Of a DNA stretch of 64,000 bases, positions 36,243 through 50,182 are shown piece by piece (within the stretch, counting starts at the first letter, position 1; each line of letters starts with the position of its first letter). A program made the translations under genes and the position numbers. The notes below the pieces were generated by a model. The model saw only the letters and a program-made list of their open reading frames with translations, did no database searches and had not been told where the DNA came from. The DNA comes from Octopus sinensis. Taxonomy: Eukaryota. The stretch is from positions 17,793,360-17,857,359 of the forward strand of contig NC_043019.1 in assembly GCF_006345805.1 (NCBI RefSeq). The letters are read 5' to 3'.

Positions 36243-37303
36243 GAAATAATAACGTAATTCCACGAGAATTCTTATAAACGCTGAAAAGACGTTTTCCGTT
36301 TTAAAATTTTAGTTAATGACACGGTTTTTGAAAGCTAAGTAAACCTTTTCTATTTAAGGTGCTTCAAGATATTTTAAGAAGTCTTATTGTATTGTATTGT
36401 ATACTATATAACTACTGATTGTTAATTTTATTCTATAATTATTTAGTTATTGATGATATGTATTTAATTATTAGATTATAACTGTACGTAATTTGTAAGA
36501 TATTACTTAGTCACTGAGGTATACAGATCATAAAATAGTTATACTGTTCTTTTAAGATAGGTTATACGTTTTTAATTCGGTTTTTAATCTTTAATTTTTT
36601 AGATGTATTTCATAAATATATTATATTGATATTTATAATATTTATGTAAGTAATAATGGACTAATCATTTTATTTATTTTTCATTATATGTCTTTATATT
36701 TATTGATAGAGTAAATTTTAGATTTTAATTACTATATTTGTTGATTATAATTTAGATACTTATTTTTAAATATTTTATAATTATTAGATGTGAACTTAAA
36801 TCTAAAAATATGAATAGTGATTATTTTGTTAAATAATTTGGCAACTAAATATTGGACTATAACTGAATTAAGGATATTCGAGAGTTTATTATGTTTTTTT
36901 AAGCCATATTATATCTTCATAGATAAATACATATTTCTATCTATTTTTTTTACCATATAAATAAATATTTAACATAATAAATGGTTTGTAGGAAATAATC
37001 CTAATGTTTTAAGTTTCTAATTTAGATAATGGAGTTTTTTCTATAAGAAAAATTAGTATTTTATTTATTTCTTAAATAAATATTGTTTAACTCTATTTGC
37101 TTATTTATTTAACTATTATCATTAACCTGAAGATTGACTATAATTTTAGTTCGAATTTATTTCAATTGAATTTAAACATAATTGTAATTCGAATTTAATT
37201 ATAGCCATGAAACGTACGTGGTGTTTTTACTTATTATATTATATTTATCATTCATTTTATACTTTTTGATAAAAAAAGATAAAATAAATAAAGAAATATA
37301 AAA

Positions 37304-37365
<62 letters not shown>

Positions 37366-37787
37366 ATATCATATATTATATTAATTATATATATTATTTG
37401 TTATTTATGTATTGGTTTATGTCTATCACTGTTTGAGTTGCATAATTCATATTTTATATATATATACTGTGAAATTTGATTTAATACTAAATTGAATTTT
37501 TCCCTGTAAGTTTGGAATTATACTCCCTATTATTATTATTATTATTATTATATATATTATATATATATATATTATTATATATATATATATATATATGACA
37601 GACTAGCCCAGAAACAAACAAAAAAACTCCTTTCAATTCCACATTTGTCTTCCTTCCCCCACCCCAACCAACCTCCCACACTGTCCCTTAAAATAACAAA
37701 CAACCCTTAGCTTCACACAAAATTTAAAAAATTGCTAAAACAGGTCAGTTCATCTCAAATTCTTTGTAGACTCCTAAATATATCTCC

Positions 37788-37819
<32 letters not shown>

Positions 37820-38715
37820 CTATGAAACATGATTTTTATACTTTTTGTTTAATATTTTCTCAAGATATTTCCTTGTAAACTGTTTTTAACATTTTCTTAT
37901 TATTATTATCAAAGAATGTATTTCTGTTTTATAATACTTTTGTGACAACCAAGACTTAACACAACAAAACTTATACAAAGCTTTTACATTTTACTTTTGA
38001 CAATCTTTTTCTAAAAAAGTGAAACCGGTCAAGTGAATAAACATCTTTAAAATTGCTCTTTCAAACTTTCTTTCATATATATTTCCACTCGTGCGGTACC
38101 TTACAACTCCACTTTGTTATATATATATATGTACATATATGTATATATGTACATATACGTATACATATATACATGCATATATGTGTACATATAGAAATAT
38201 ATATATACACACATACATACATACATACATACATACATACATACATACATACATACTACATACATACATACATACATACATACATACACACACATATATA
38301 TATATATATATAATAATCATAAAAGGTAAAATCAATAATGATTTTATCAAGTAGCCAGTGCAGAAATTTACCTTTTAGGTAAATTTTACGAATTGTTTTA
38401 TTTTTATATACATAATTTATAACAAGTGGTAACCTTAAAGCATCACCACGCGCTGCTAAAAACAGATGTTAAACTCATTTTTTAATACCTTAAAATCTCC
38501 GAGAAAGAACACACTTATTGTGGGCAAAACACTTCATTTCACATTGCTCCAGTCCGCTCAGCTGGCAAAAGTGAGTAATCCTGCGATAGATCGGCGTCCC
38601 GTCCAGGTGGGGAATATATACGTCACTGAAACCGGGAAACCGGCCGTTATGAACCTGGTTTGGCTTGAGAAGGAAAAATTTGTTATTTAAGAAATAAATT
38701 ATATATAGTTATATA

Positions 38716-39932
38716 CGAGGGGCGTTCAATAAGTAATGCCCCTGACTCACTTCCCATAGCAGTAGAGCAACGAAACTTGGCACAGTTATTAGTCTTTTTC
38801 TACATAGGAACCACCCAGAGTTACGCATTTCTCCCATTGTTTGATGCAGCTCTGGAGACCGTTTTTGTAGAAGACCCCAGCTTGGTCCTCCAACCAGAAC
38901 GTGACTTCAGAAATCAAGGCTGCATCATCCGGGAAACGCTTTCCTTTCAAAAACAACTTCATGACTGGGAAGAGGTGAAAATCAGAGGGTGCAAGGTCAG
39001 GAAAGTAGGGGAATGGGGGAGGAGTTCATAGCCATACGCCTGTGCTTCTGATCTGGCGACAAGCGAGTTGTGGACCGGAGCGTTGTCCTGCAGGAGGAGG
39101 ATGCCTTTGCTGATCTTGCCCCGCCTCTTGATTTTGATAACTTCTCTTAATTTCCTCAAAAGTGAAGCATAATAGGCTCCTGCAATTGTGGTACCCTTTG
39201 CCAAGAAATCTGTCATCACTACTCCGTCCTGGTCCCAGAAGACTGTGAGCATGACCTTGCCAGCGGAGGGCTGCACCCTTGCCTTCTTTGGAGGGGGTGA
39301 GTCACGGTGCTTCTACTGCATTGACTGGGCTTTGGTCTCTGGATCATCGTGATGGACCCAGGTTTCATCCTGTGTAATCAGTCTTTTGAAAAATTTTGAC
39401 TCATCTTCTTGGCACATCTCCAAATTCACCCTCGAGCACTCCTTTTGCACATGCAAATGGTCATGCAAATGGTCATGAATGATAGTTTCCACAGACCCGG
39501 TACTAATCTTGACCTCATGGGCTATTTGGCGAATAATTATGCGTCGATCTTCCAAAATGGCAGCCTCAACTTGACGGACAGATGCCTCATCAATGGCAGA
39601 AGGGGCGACCAGATCTGGGAGCTGTTTCCACAGAGTTCCGACCATGTTTGAATTCACGATGCCAGCGTTTTACAAGGTCATATGATGGGGCATCATCACC
39701 ATAAGTTACTTTCATTTCATCAAAAGTCTCCCGTGGTGTGCGTCCTTTCAAATACAAAAACCGGATCACTGCTCGACACTCAACAGGCTCCATTTCACAC
39801 TTGACTCGGTTCAAACACCTGTAAATCAGAAACCACAATTAATTCAGAGCTGTAATTTGCCACTTACTCTATAGAGATATAGATTATTGCACTGCAAGTG
39901 GGTCAGAGGCATTACTTATTGAACATCCCTCG
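38716..39932 (-). mobile_element. Near full-length, inactivated mariner transposon (irritans/Hsmar2-like)
   Basis: 31-bp TIRs CGAGGGGCGTTCAATAAGTAATGCCCCTGAC (3 mismatches) with TA at both ends. MEPVECRAVIRFLYLKG..PRSGRP, ITQDETWVHH, SAGKVMLTVFWD, LLQDNAPVH. Frameshifts and a deletion of the WVPR segment. Confidence 0.93.
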
Positions 39933-40126
39933 TATATTATATATATTATATATATTATATATAGGCGCAGGAGTAGCTGTGTGGTAAGTAGCTTGCTAAC
40001 CAGCCACATGGTTCTGGGTTCAGTCCCATTGCGTGGCACCTTGGGCAAGTGTCTTCTATTATAGCCTCGGGCCGACCAAAGCCTTGCGAGTGGATTTGGT
40101 AGATGGAAACTGAAAGAAGCCTGTCG

Positions 40127-40167
<41 letters not shown>

Positions 40168-41464
40168 ATATGTTTGTGTGTCTGTGTTTGTCCCTCTAGC
40201 ATTGCTTGACAACCGATGCTGGTGTGTTTATGTCCCCGTAACTTAGCGGTTCGGCAAAAGAGACCGATAGAATAAGTACTGGGCTTACAAAGAATAAGTC
40301 CCGGGGTCGATTTGCTCGACTAAAGACGGTGCTCCAGCATGGCCGCAGTAAAATGACTGAAACAAGTAAAAAAGAGTAAAAAAAAAAGACTAAGTTAATT
40401 GAGATTTGGTTAAAAACTTGGTAGAATGGTGTGCAAAGCTCGCCCACAATTATCGGTTATTTGATTTCATTATACAGTGGAAATGCTATTTCTACTGGAC
40501 ACACATCAGGGATTCCATAGAACTCGTAGAGTTTATATAAATAGCCAAATGAAAGAGAAGGAAACTAACGACATTCTTTATTTAGGAATCACTACAATTC
40601 TTTCGACGCATTCTCTCACCTGTAGCAGATTAGGGAAATGTTGTGCAATCACCATTATCTTACATCAAATTGAGTGAAATGACGAGAGGATCTAACGAAG
40701 AACTTATTTAAACAATCACCTGAGGAGGCGCATTCTACACCTAAGGTGTATCGTAACGATTGCACAACTTCCATCTTCGTTAATTCCTCTCTCTCTCTTT
40801 CTCCCTCCCTATCTCTCATTAGTTAACCATATATATATATATATGGTTAACTAATGAGAATTTTGCCATTACTCCAACAGTTCTATAGATTTAATCCAAC
40901 AATTATTGGGGACGAGGCTAATTAGAAAATTACAATTACAAGGCATTTTGTGAATCATTCCAGAAGTATTAGTAAAATCTGTGGTGAATTACTACATTCA
41001 TAGTTGAATAGTTTGTCTTACGTCATTTTTGTGCATATGTAAGTATGTAACCACACATATGCATACGCATACACACACGCACACTCACACGAGCAGAGCC
41101 GTACATGCATATATGACTCCCTGGTGAATGCATGTATTTTCAGGCGCTTCTTTCTAGGTAGAAAAAACCAAACAAAACGAAAAACAAAAGCAAAACCCAA
41201 ACCAGAAGAAGATGCAGTTAGCGATCAGATAAACGAAACAATACCAGTTGATGCCATTAATTTCTCATCTGATTTATTTCTCTGAAATTGTCCATTTTTC
41301 ACGTGCAACAGGAAAATGAAAAGCGACAAATGATTCGCCATTTCAGTTATTTACGATACAGTTTCTCTGATACTTAGAAAGCTAGGATCTTCTCGGTTTG
41401 AACGGCAGTTTTTAACATAATGTCTAGGTAACTAAAAAATGTTAAACTTCGTATACTGGTAGAA

Positions 41465-41740
41465 TCTTTATATATAAAAGTGAGGTTGTGTGTCTGTCTC
41501 CTACGATTTAGATTCCTAACTACTCCCACATTTTGCGGTGCAGTTTAACCAAAACCGGGTATCTTATAGTCGTGATTCATATCGAGTCTACGATGAGTCT
41601 ACGATTAAAAAAAAAATTTACCATAATTCTTTCCCATTTTTAATGCATTTTTGGCTATTATATAAGGGAAGTAACTCTCTAAAAATGCTTATATAGTTAT
41701 TTCCCTTACAAACCCGACCAACGCCGGGCGATACTGCTAG
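41465..41740 (+). mobile_element. Non-autonomous Helitron nested in a TTAGGG-family MITE
   Basis: Splits the MITE motif GGTAGAA|TGT.TTTATAAAAC between A and T. 5' TC, 3' CTAG, subterminal hairpin CCCG-accaacgc-CGGG. Confidence 0.85.
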
Positions 41741-41959
41741 TGTATTTATAAAACATCTTTTTCTCTTGGCTTTATTGAGAAAATTCTATAGTTTGTAAGA
41801 TATTTGTTGTTGCTTTTCTTCAATTTCTTCAAGGGCAGACAAACATAAAAGGGTGAAGTAGCTGTAGCGATTAAATATTTGCAATTTAAAAATACAATAA
41901 TTTAATGAACATGTTTATAATTTTTGACTTAAGCGTTGCTCATTACAAATGAAATTTGC

Positions 41960-44495
41960 AATGGCTCCTCTGAAGGATAGGCATCCGACCACCGGGGTAG
42001 ACCCCTTGCCTTTTCTTTCCTGTTTTTGGCTTCCACTTACCTGGTGCCAAACACTCCCAGCTTCCTCGCCACAGGCTTCCATCTCCTCATGAATCTGTCT
42101 TGTGACAGGTACCTTTTTTCTAGCCTGATCTTATTACTGAGGTAGTAACTAAAAAAGTTAACCAACTCCTGGTCGGATATAAAGGTACCCGACACTATGC
42201 CTCTCACACGCGTCTTCCATGCTGTTTCTTTCAGTATGGTTACCATGCAGAAAAAGCAAGCCTTCTTTACTCTGTTAAGGGAAGGATGCGGCACAATCTC
42301 GATTGTAGATTCAGCTGATAGCTGTACTCTTCCCATCGATGACAACAGTTGCTCTGAAAAAACTATCAGTCTCGTTAATTCTGAACACTCCACAAATGCG
42401 TGCAAGACGATTTCCCAGTCCTGCCCGCACCTCGGACATGTCGGCGAGACGGCACTTCCGTGTCTTGACAGTTTATCACGAACAAGTAACGCCGCACGGA
42501 AGCACTGCCAAACCAGAGATTTCTGGTAATTGTCCAGATACCCCGGCCCGAAAGTTCTCCGGGACTGGTTGATTAACTGATTTTTATCGTAGCCTAGGGT
42601 CTCCCCCAAGGTGTCTTCGGACTTAACCTCCACTAACCCACTATAGAAATCCGCGGTGGAACTCCTACTGCCGGCATTGCCCGCCCAAGAGAGTAGCTGA
42701 AGTGTCTGGTGACACTCCAATTGCCAGTCCCCCATCCTAGGTCTTGATCCAATTACCATTGTCCGTTAAGGACGTTAATTGCGGAAGGAAGAACCGAACA
42801 TTCAGTGACCACACCTGCTCTCCATCCAGGTAAAGCCTGAGGTGCCTCAACCTTAACGCGAATTTTCGCATCTTCAGCCGAGGCATCCCTAGCCCACACT
42901 TTAGCGGTTTCTGGCAGCAGACAGAGCGCTTCACAAGTGGCTTTCCTCCCTTCCACAAAAAGCGGAAAAGGATTCTCTCCAACTTGTTCAGCCACAAATC
43001 GGGGCAAGGCACCACAGTCAGACGGTAGGTGATAACCGATGCTATAAACATCTGCACCACCTCCGCCTTTCCTAGCAAGGATAACGCCCGCCCAGACCAG
43101 GTCTGGGTTAGAGCAGTCACCCTGCTGGCCACCTCACTCCAATTTTTCTCTATCTGGAGGTCTGACCCGAACCAGACTCCGAGTAGCTTAACAGGACCTT
43201 CCGTCCAGCGCCCCACGACGTTATTGGACGGCATCGGCTTGCCCCTCCAGGTGCCGAGTTGCAAACCAATTGACTTGTCCTTGTTAACCTTTGCTCCTGC
43301 CACCGCCTCGTAACTTTTGATAGCCTCTTCCACCACTGTAAGCTGGCCCTCATCCGCCACGATGACGGAGATGTCATCCGCATACGCCGTAGCTCCTCTT
43401 CCACACCATAGAGCATGCGGTGTGCCCCCTAGTACCTCCAACTTCCGCAATAATGGCTCGAAGCCAGTACATACAAAAGCGAGGACAGGGGACACCCCTG
43501 ACACACTGAGCGCTCGATCCTGAATAGCTTCGAAAGGAAACCATTCACTTTTACGACGGACTCGATCTCGTTGTACAACGCAGCAACCCAACCGCGGAAG
43601 GTCGGGCCCAGGCCAGCCTTCGCGAGGACCGCCGCCAAGTACCGATAGTCGACCCTATCGAATGCCTAAGTTCCCCACCCTCTCTAAGGAGTAGCGTATA
43701 AGGTGGAGATTGTCGTGGATCGTCCTGCCCGGGATAGCGCACGGTTGCACTTCCCCGACAAGTTTGTCCACGACTCGTGCCAACCTTTTCGCTAGCACCT
43801 TAGCCAAAATCTTTAACTCTGTGTTCAGCAGAGTTATGGACCTGAAGTTTCCTATCTCGTCCCCCTTGCTCGGGTCCTTCCTGATCAATGTCACCACTCC
43901 CCGGCTCGCAGACTTGGGAATTCTCCCATTCTGCTGCCAAATGGCATAGACGCTGGCCAGCAGGTGCCCGAACAAGTCTGGCATATTTTGTAAAATTCGT
44001 AAGGCAGACCATCGAGACCCGGCGACTTCTCCCCGGGGCATTCGCCCAGTACCTCGATCACCTCCTCGGCCGTGATTGGCCCTTCACAGCACTCAGCCTC
44101 TTGTGCCGAGAGACGCAGGCAACCAGACAGGAAGTCCCTAAGGGCCTCGCCACGATCCAGCATCCCACCATTCCCAAACAACTCGGCAAAGTGCTTGTGA
44201 ATCGCCACACACATCTCGTCCCGTCCATCGAACGAACACCCATTGTCATCCACGAGAGATCTAATTGTGGCATCATTGCCACGCTGTGTTTCTACCGTAC
44301 GGGCCCATCCGGCAACATTAATTCCCTCACGGTCCAATGCTCGCACTTTAGCCCGAACTCTACACCCCTCATGTTTGGCTTTGAGGTGACGGTCCAAGGC
44401 CGTTCTCGCTGCCAAAATGTGAGATGCGGAGCCCAACCTCAACGCCTCCTCTAGGTCCTCAACTAGTTGCCCTTCTATTCTGGCCTTATCTAGTC
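41960..44495 (-). mobile_element. 5'-truncated Tx1/L1-clade LINE (RT plus C-terminal zinc knuckle), frameshifted
   Basis: NFRSITLLNTELKILAKVLAKRL, FDRVDY, QGCPLS, YADDISV, LLGVWFG, CPRCGQDWEIVLHAFVEC. Clearly more GC-rich than the flanks. Confidence 0.92.
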
Positions 44496-45870
44496 ATTCT
44501 CAAGTCCTTGTACAGTGCTTTATCTTAGCAATCTTCCAGCCTACACAAGCCCGACCTTCCAATAATAACGGTTCTGTGAAATTTTTTACATTCCATGCTA
44601 TGTTGTTTTCTTCTGCTCTAATGCTGTGTTCGCATCCAATAAGTCCTCTTCCCCCTCTTTTTCTTGGTACATACAGTGTGTCTGTGTCACTTTTTCGGTG
44701 GAGTATCTCATATCTAGTCAGCAACTTCCTTGTCTTTCTGTCTAAGCTGTTTAGTTCGTCTATTGTTCATGCGATTACTCCTCCTCCATAACTAAGGAGT
44801 GAAACCGCTCAGGTGTTGATAGCTTCCATCTTATTCCGTCCATTTAATTTTGAATTAAGGATCAGTCTCAGTCTGCGCAAGTGCTCCACCTTAAATTTTT
44901 CTGATATTTCTTTCTCCATCAATTTATCCATTTCCGATATCACCAAGTACTTCCGTTTCTTCCATCTGCTTCATAACCTCTCCTGACGGTATCGCTAGCC
45001 CGTCCATACAATTGATTTTGCCTACCTTCAAGACTAACATAACACACTTTCTCAGTCCGAACTCCAATCTGATATCAGCACTGAAGGTATACACCGTATC
45101 AACGAGGGAACTGACTTGGGATCCATCTTTACCATAAAGTTTGAGGTCATCCATGAATAACAAATGGTTGGTGGTTTTTGAATACACACCCAGCTTTTGC
45201 TTTCCTCAGAATCAGTGTTAGTGGTATCAAGCACAGTACAAAGATCAGTGGGGACAGGCAGTCTCCTTGGAAAATGCATCTCCTAATTTCTACTGTCCTT
45301 AAACTTCTTCCATATGCTGTCAGTTCCGTCCTCCACTTCACCATACTTTTTCCAAGCAATCGCTCAACATTCGATGCAATACCAAATAGGTTCATACATT
45401 CCATAATCCAAGAATGTGGGATCATATCGTGCGCCTTACGATAGTTGATCCATGACATGGCTAAGTTACTTTTCCGCCTCTTGCAGTCTCTAAGTACGGT
45501 TTTGTCTATCAGAAGTTGATCCTTGGTACCTCTGCACTTACGCTTGCAACCCTTCTGGTCATGTGGCAGGACTCCATTTTTTTTCTAGATGTTCGTACAT
45601 TGACTCTGTGAATATTCCAGTCAATAACTTCCACATAAGTGGCAAACAGAATATCGGCCTGTAATTGTCTACTGTATTGCCGTTTTCAATGTTTTTCAAG
45701 AACAGCCCTGTCCTACCCAATGTCAACTGCTCTGGTGTTTTAACAAGGTGCTGAGTTGTACAGCTGTTCGTGCATGACTTTCACCAAATCTTTTGATCCA
45801 GTAGCCTTGAACTTCATCTGGTTCCGGGGCCTTCCAGTTGGCCATTTTTTGCTGATTTCCTTATTATTAT
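44496..45870 (-). mobile_element. R4/Dong-like LINE reverse-transcriptase remnant
   Basis: [60 protein letters not shown]. Confidence 0.85.
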
Positions 45871-45887
45871 TATTATTATTATTATTA

Positions 45888-45937
<50 letters not shown>

Positions 45938-46894
45938 TATTATTATTATTATTATTGTTGTTGTTGTTGTTGTTGTTGTTGTTATTATTATTATTAAGTG
46001 GGTGAGCTGGCAGAACCGTTAGCACGCCGGGCAAGATGCTTAGCAGCATGTCGTCCGTCTTTGTGTTCTGAGTTCAAATTCCACCGAGGTCGGCTTTACC
46101 TTTAATCCTTTCGGGGTCGATAAAATAAGTACCAGTTGAACACTGAGGTTGATGCAATCGACTTGCGTCCTCCACCAATGTTCCTGGCCTTGTGCCAAAA
46201 TTTGAAACCATTATGAATATGTGCGCGCGCGTGCGTAATATACTGTAATTTAGCCTTTTGATCGAGAAGAGATATAACAATCCCTTATTTTTGTCCAGAT
46301 ATAGTTTGTCTAGGCTGTCATTATCTAATATATCGACTTCTTCAAGACGGTAAAATATGATATAAAGAATATGCGGTCCTTATCTCGATCTGCTTAAGCG
46401 ATCCTGTATTGAGTTTAGTTTCTAACGCAGGTTCTCGACGTTCCTACATTCTTTGACGTAACACGTCCCTGGGGTGACGAAAGCTACGCTATTTGTAGAC
46501 AAATAAAGTTATTGTTACAAGTAGGCTGCGGTGATAAGAATATTACTGAACAGGACAGATTACAAAATGGCAGAAAATTTTAAGATAGACACTAGCAAAG
46601 TGGAGAACTGTGTGCATATAAGACAAAGATAAGTGACAGAAGTAGTATTAATACTGAAATATCATATTGGATTCTGGTGTAAAATGCACCCTTGTTTATG
46701 CCGCCAGCGGAGAGATAAATCCCTGCCATCTCCAGCGCAGAGACCACCAGATCACGCGATTTCGACCTTCATGGGTCTCGTCTATGATGGATGCTCGACC
46801 GTCATATTTAGCAGTGACTCTTCTCTCCGTCAGCGATGAATAGAAAAACAATGCCAGAGCAGGCGCTGGTGTCACGATTAGCCAGGGAGCTTGT

Positions 46895-46928
<34 letters not shown>

Positions 46929-47225
46929 GGAGGGAGGGAGAGAGAAAGAGAGAGAGTGAGAGGGAGAGAGAGAAAGAGAGAGAGAAAAGAGAGGAGAAGA
47001 GAGAAGCGGAGAGAGAGAGAGAGGAAGGGAGAGAGAGAGGGAGGGAGAGAGAGAAAGAGAGAGAAAGAGAGAGAAAGAGAGAGAAAGAGAGAGAGAAAGA
47101 GAGGAGAAGAGAGAAGAAGGATGGAGAGAGAGAGAGAGAGATTGCGGAAAAAGAGAGAAGAGAGAAGGAGGAGGAGGAAGTGGAGGGAGAGAGAGAGAGA
47201 GAGAGACAGAGAAAGAAAAAAATGA
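46895..47225. repeat. ~330-bp polypurine (GA-rich) tract
   Basis: Almost exclusively A/G on the plus strand. Confidence 0.95.
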
Positions 47226-48199
47226 GACAGTGAGTGCGAGTCAGAAATTCGGAGAATTGAAGCAAAATTCCCGAACAATAACAATTATCGTTGTCATCCT
47301 CAACTCTTTTCCCCCCATCCTTCATCTTCATCCTCCCAACATCCTTCACCACCTCCTTCGTCCTCCACATTCCTTCGTCTGAATCAGATTTCCCACCTCA
47401 TCATTATCAGAGCAAAGCTGCCGCAAATACAACGAGTGAGTTTTGCAATTTAAACAACAATAATAAACATATAGAAAATATGATGATTTAAAGTATTTAT
47501 TTGCTTCGAGTTTTGAAGAAGAAAAAAATGATAAATTGATTCGATTGATGGTTATGGATAATTTGAATGGAAGAGATGGAAAGATATCTGTCAGTATTTT
47601 CAGTGGTTGTCTTAAATAGACGGCACCATTATGAATGCATGCATCTGGTGACCTTGCATGAATTTCTCTGCAAAATGATTAAGGTCTTATGAATACGGTT
47701 TAGAAAATGCGAAAGGAATGTCGTACGACAAAAAAGAATAAAATAAGATAAAGAAGTGAAAAGAGTATCGGGTGTTTTCATCACCCGTATGGTTAAGTAG
47801 CCATTCTGCTATAATAACGATTTCTACAAAGTCTTACGCATTTAATGTAATGTTGCATTAATGAGCAGACGACCGACCGGTCGTTTATTGGATGCTGAAC
47901 ACGTCACATATTCACCGTTTACGTGTTAACTTTTCTTTACATTCAAACGATTTGGATGGCTTCTTCGTTCAATGAAACATATCATAACCAGTGTCACAGC
48001 AATATTAACATCACTGCTTCATATCCATCATCTCCATTGATTATCATCATTTTCATTCTCAATTCGCTTTTATCACCATTACGTTAATTACTATCGTAAA
48101 CAACACAACTTTCGTCATTATCACCAATTAATTATATCACCACAAACTTCATTACTCCATTAACGATATCAATCCACCACCACCACCACGGCAACGGCT

Positions 48200-49560
48200 T
48201 TGTTGGTTTTTCCTGTCATTTTTCATGCGATGCAACCCTTCTGCTTATTGATTTCTTATAAGAAAGAACAAGGGTGGCACTAATGACATTTGGATGTCCT
48301 GTGATACTGGTGAAGATGTATCGGTCAATGACTGGAGAAGTAATTCCATAAGACGAATATAGTTCTTGGGCTGAGAGATGCGATATGATACGCAGTAAGA
48401 GTGAAAAAAGAAGGAAGGCATATGTATCAACAAAGTTTAGGATGCATGTTCGACATCTTCCTAGATATATACTCTTTACTCTTTTCTCTTTTACTCTTTT
48501 ACTTGTTTCAGTCATTTGACTGCGGACATGCTGGAGCACCGCCTTTAGTCGAGCAAATCGACCCCGGGACTTATTCTTTGTAAGCCCAGTATTCTATCGG
48601 TCTCTTTTGCCGAAACGCTAAGTGACGGGGACGTAAACACACCAGCATCGGTTGTCAAGCAATGCTAGGGGGACAAACACAGACACACATACATATATAT
48701 ATATATATACATATATACATATATACGACAGGCTTCTTTTAGTTTCCGTCTACCAAATCCACTCACAAGGCATTGGTCGGCCCGGGGCTATAGCAGAAGA
48801 CACTTGCCCAAGATGCCACGCAGTGGGACTGAACCCGGAACCATGTGGTTAGTTAGCAAACTACTTACCACACAGCCACTCCTGCGCCTCAAAGCAGAGA
48901 GCATTTAAGATTTGTAGGAGGTTAGGGATCGGTGAAAACAGAAGTTGCAATTTCTTATCAACTTGCTTTGGGGTATTGTTTTGATGTCACTATTCATGGA
49001 AGCATTTTGAATTTGGTGCCAGGACTCTAGTTTGTTCGTGAATGGAAACATGCAGATATGAAAGGGGTCTAATATACATAGAACCATGTATGGTTATAAG
49101 CTGAAGAAAGTAGGTTAATGTTGCGAAGGAAGATGTTGGAGGACGGTTCTGTAGCAGAAGCCTGTTCGCTCTTTACCTTTAGGTATCCGCATTTTGCCTC
49201 TTTACCTTTAGGTACCCATTTTAGCTCATCATGTGATGAGCCAACATCAGCTATTTAGGGGAAACTTTTCCTTCTAATTCTTTAGTGAGGTGGATTGCCA
49301 CGAGCGAGCTCGGCGGATCTTCGGCACGAGAGCAGTTTTATTCCGCTTTTCAGCTTCAACGAGGAGAGAATTGTAGCAGGATTCCTTGACGCCATGCTTT
49401 GTGTTTTTCCAACGTTCATCTTCATCCCCAAAAAGCACTTTGAAATTATGTACTCTATTTGACAGATTTATTCATGTTATACCTGCTTGCTGTATTTCCT
49501 GTTAGTGGTGGAATAAATATTCAACTTGTCTTTGCATTTTCTTAATGTTATTCATCCTGA
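48200..49560 (-). mobile_element. Very old CR1/Jockey-group LINE RT relic, split by a family-A SINE (another 3' piece possibly at 50450-50760+)
   Basis: 'MNSDIKT..KLIRNCNFCFHRSLTS' and 'SSYGITSPVIDRYIF..ITG' resemble the RT segments 'N.Q.GFR..RST' and 'KL..YGI.G.V..WI'. Confidence 0.45.
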
Positions 49561-49801
49561 CTCATATTAACCCAGAAGACATATATTATCAGGGCTTAAG
49601 CCACATTGCATCATTTATCACCGTGTTAAAGTTCTCTTTCAAATATTGTAATGATATATAAGCACCTTCGGATTGCAGATGATAGGTGAATTCCTACTCC
49701 ACTTATAAATAGTTTTTGTTCTCTTTTAGTGAGAAGTGCGGCACCACTGATATTTTCAGGGACCTCAAAACTTGTGATACTTCAAAAAATAATAGTAGAG
49801 G

Positions 49802-49891
<90 letters not shown>

Positions 49892-50143
49892 ACCACATTG
49901 CAAAGGAGAGTTCTAGTAGAAAATTTACCAGCAGTTTAAAGACAAATGGGGTTCATAGGTAGCCAACTCAAAAGATTCTCATAGGCGCAGGAGTGGCTGT
50001 GTGGTAAGTAGCTTGTTTACCAACCACATGGTTCTGGGTTCAGTCCCACTGCGTGGCATCTTGGACAAGTGTCTTCTACTATAGCCTCGGGCCGACCAAA
50101 GCCTTGTGAGTGGATTGGTTGACGGAAACTGAAAGAAGCCCGT

Positions 50144-50182
<39 letters not shown>

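Noticed and set aside
36240-37310. Nuclear mitochondrial insertion (NUMT)
   Set aside because: Considered because of AT richness, but I could not identify mitochondrial ORFs, tRNAs or rRNA motifs by eye. It needs BLAST.
46808-47370. Arg/Glu-rich 129-aa and Leu/Ser-rich 158-aa ORFs
   Set aside because: Products of the GA/CT tract, with no splice or homology support.
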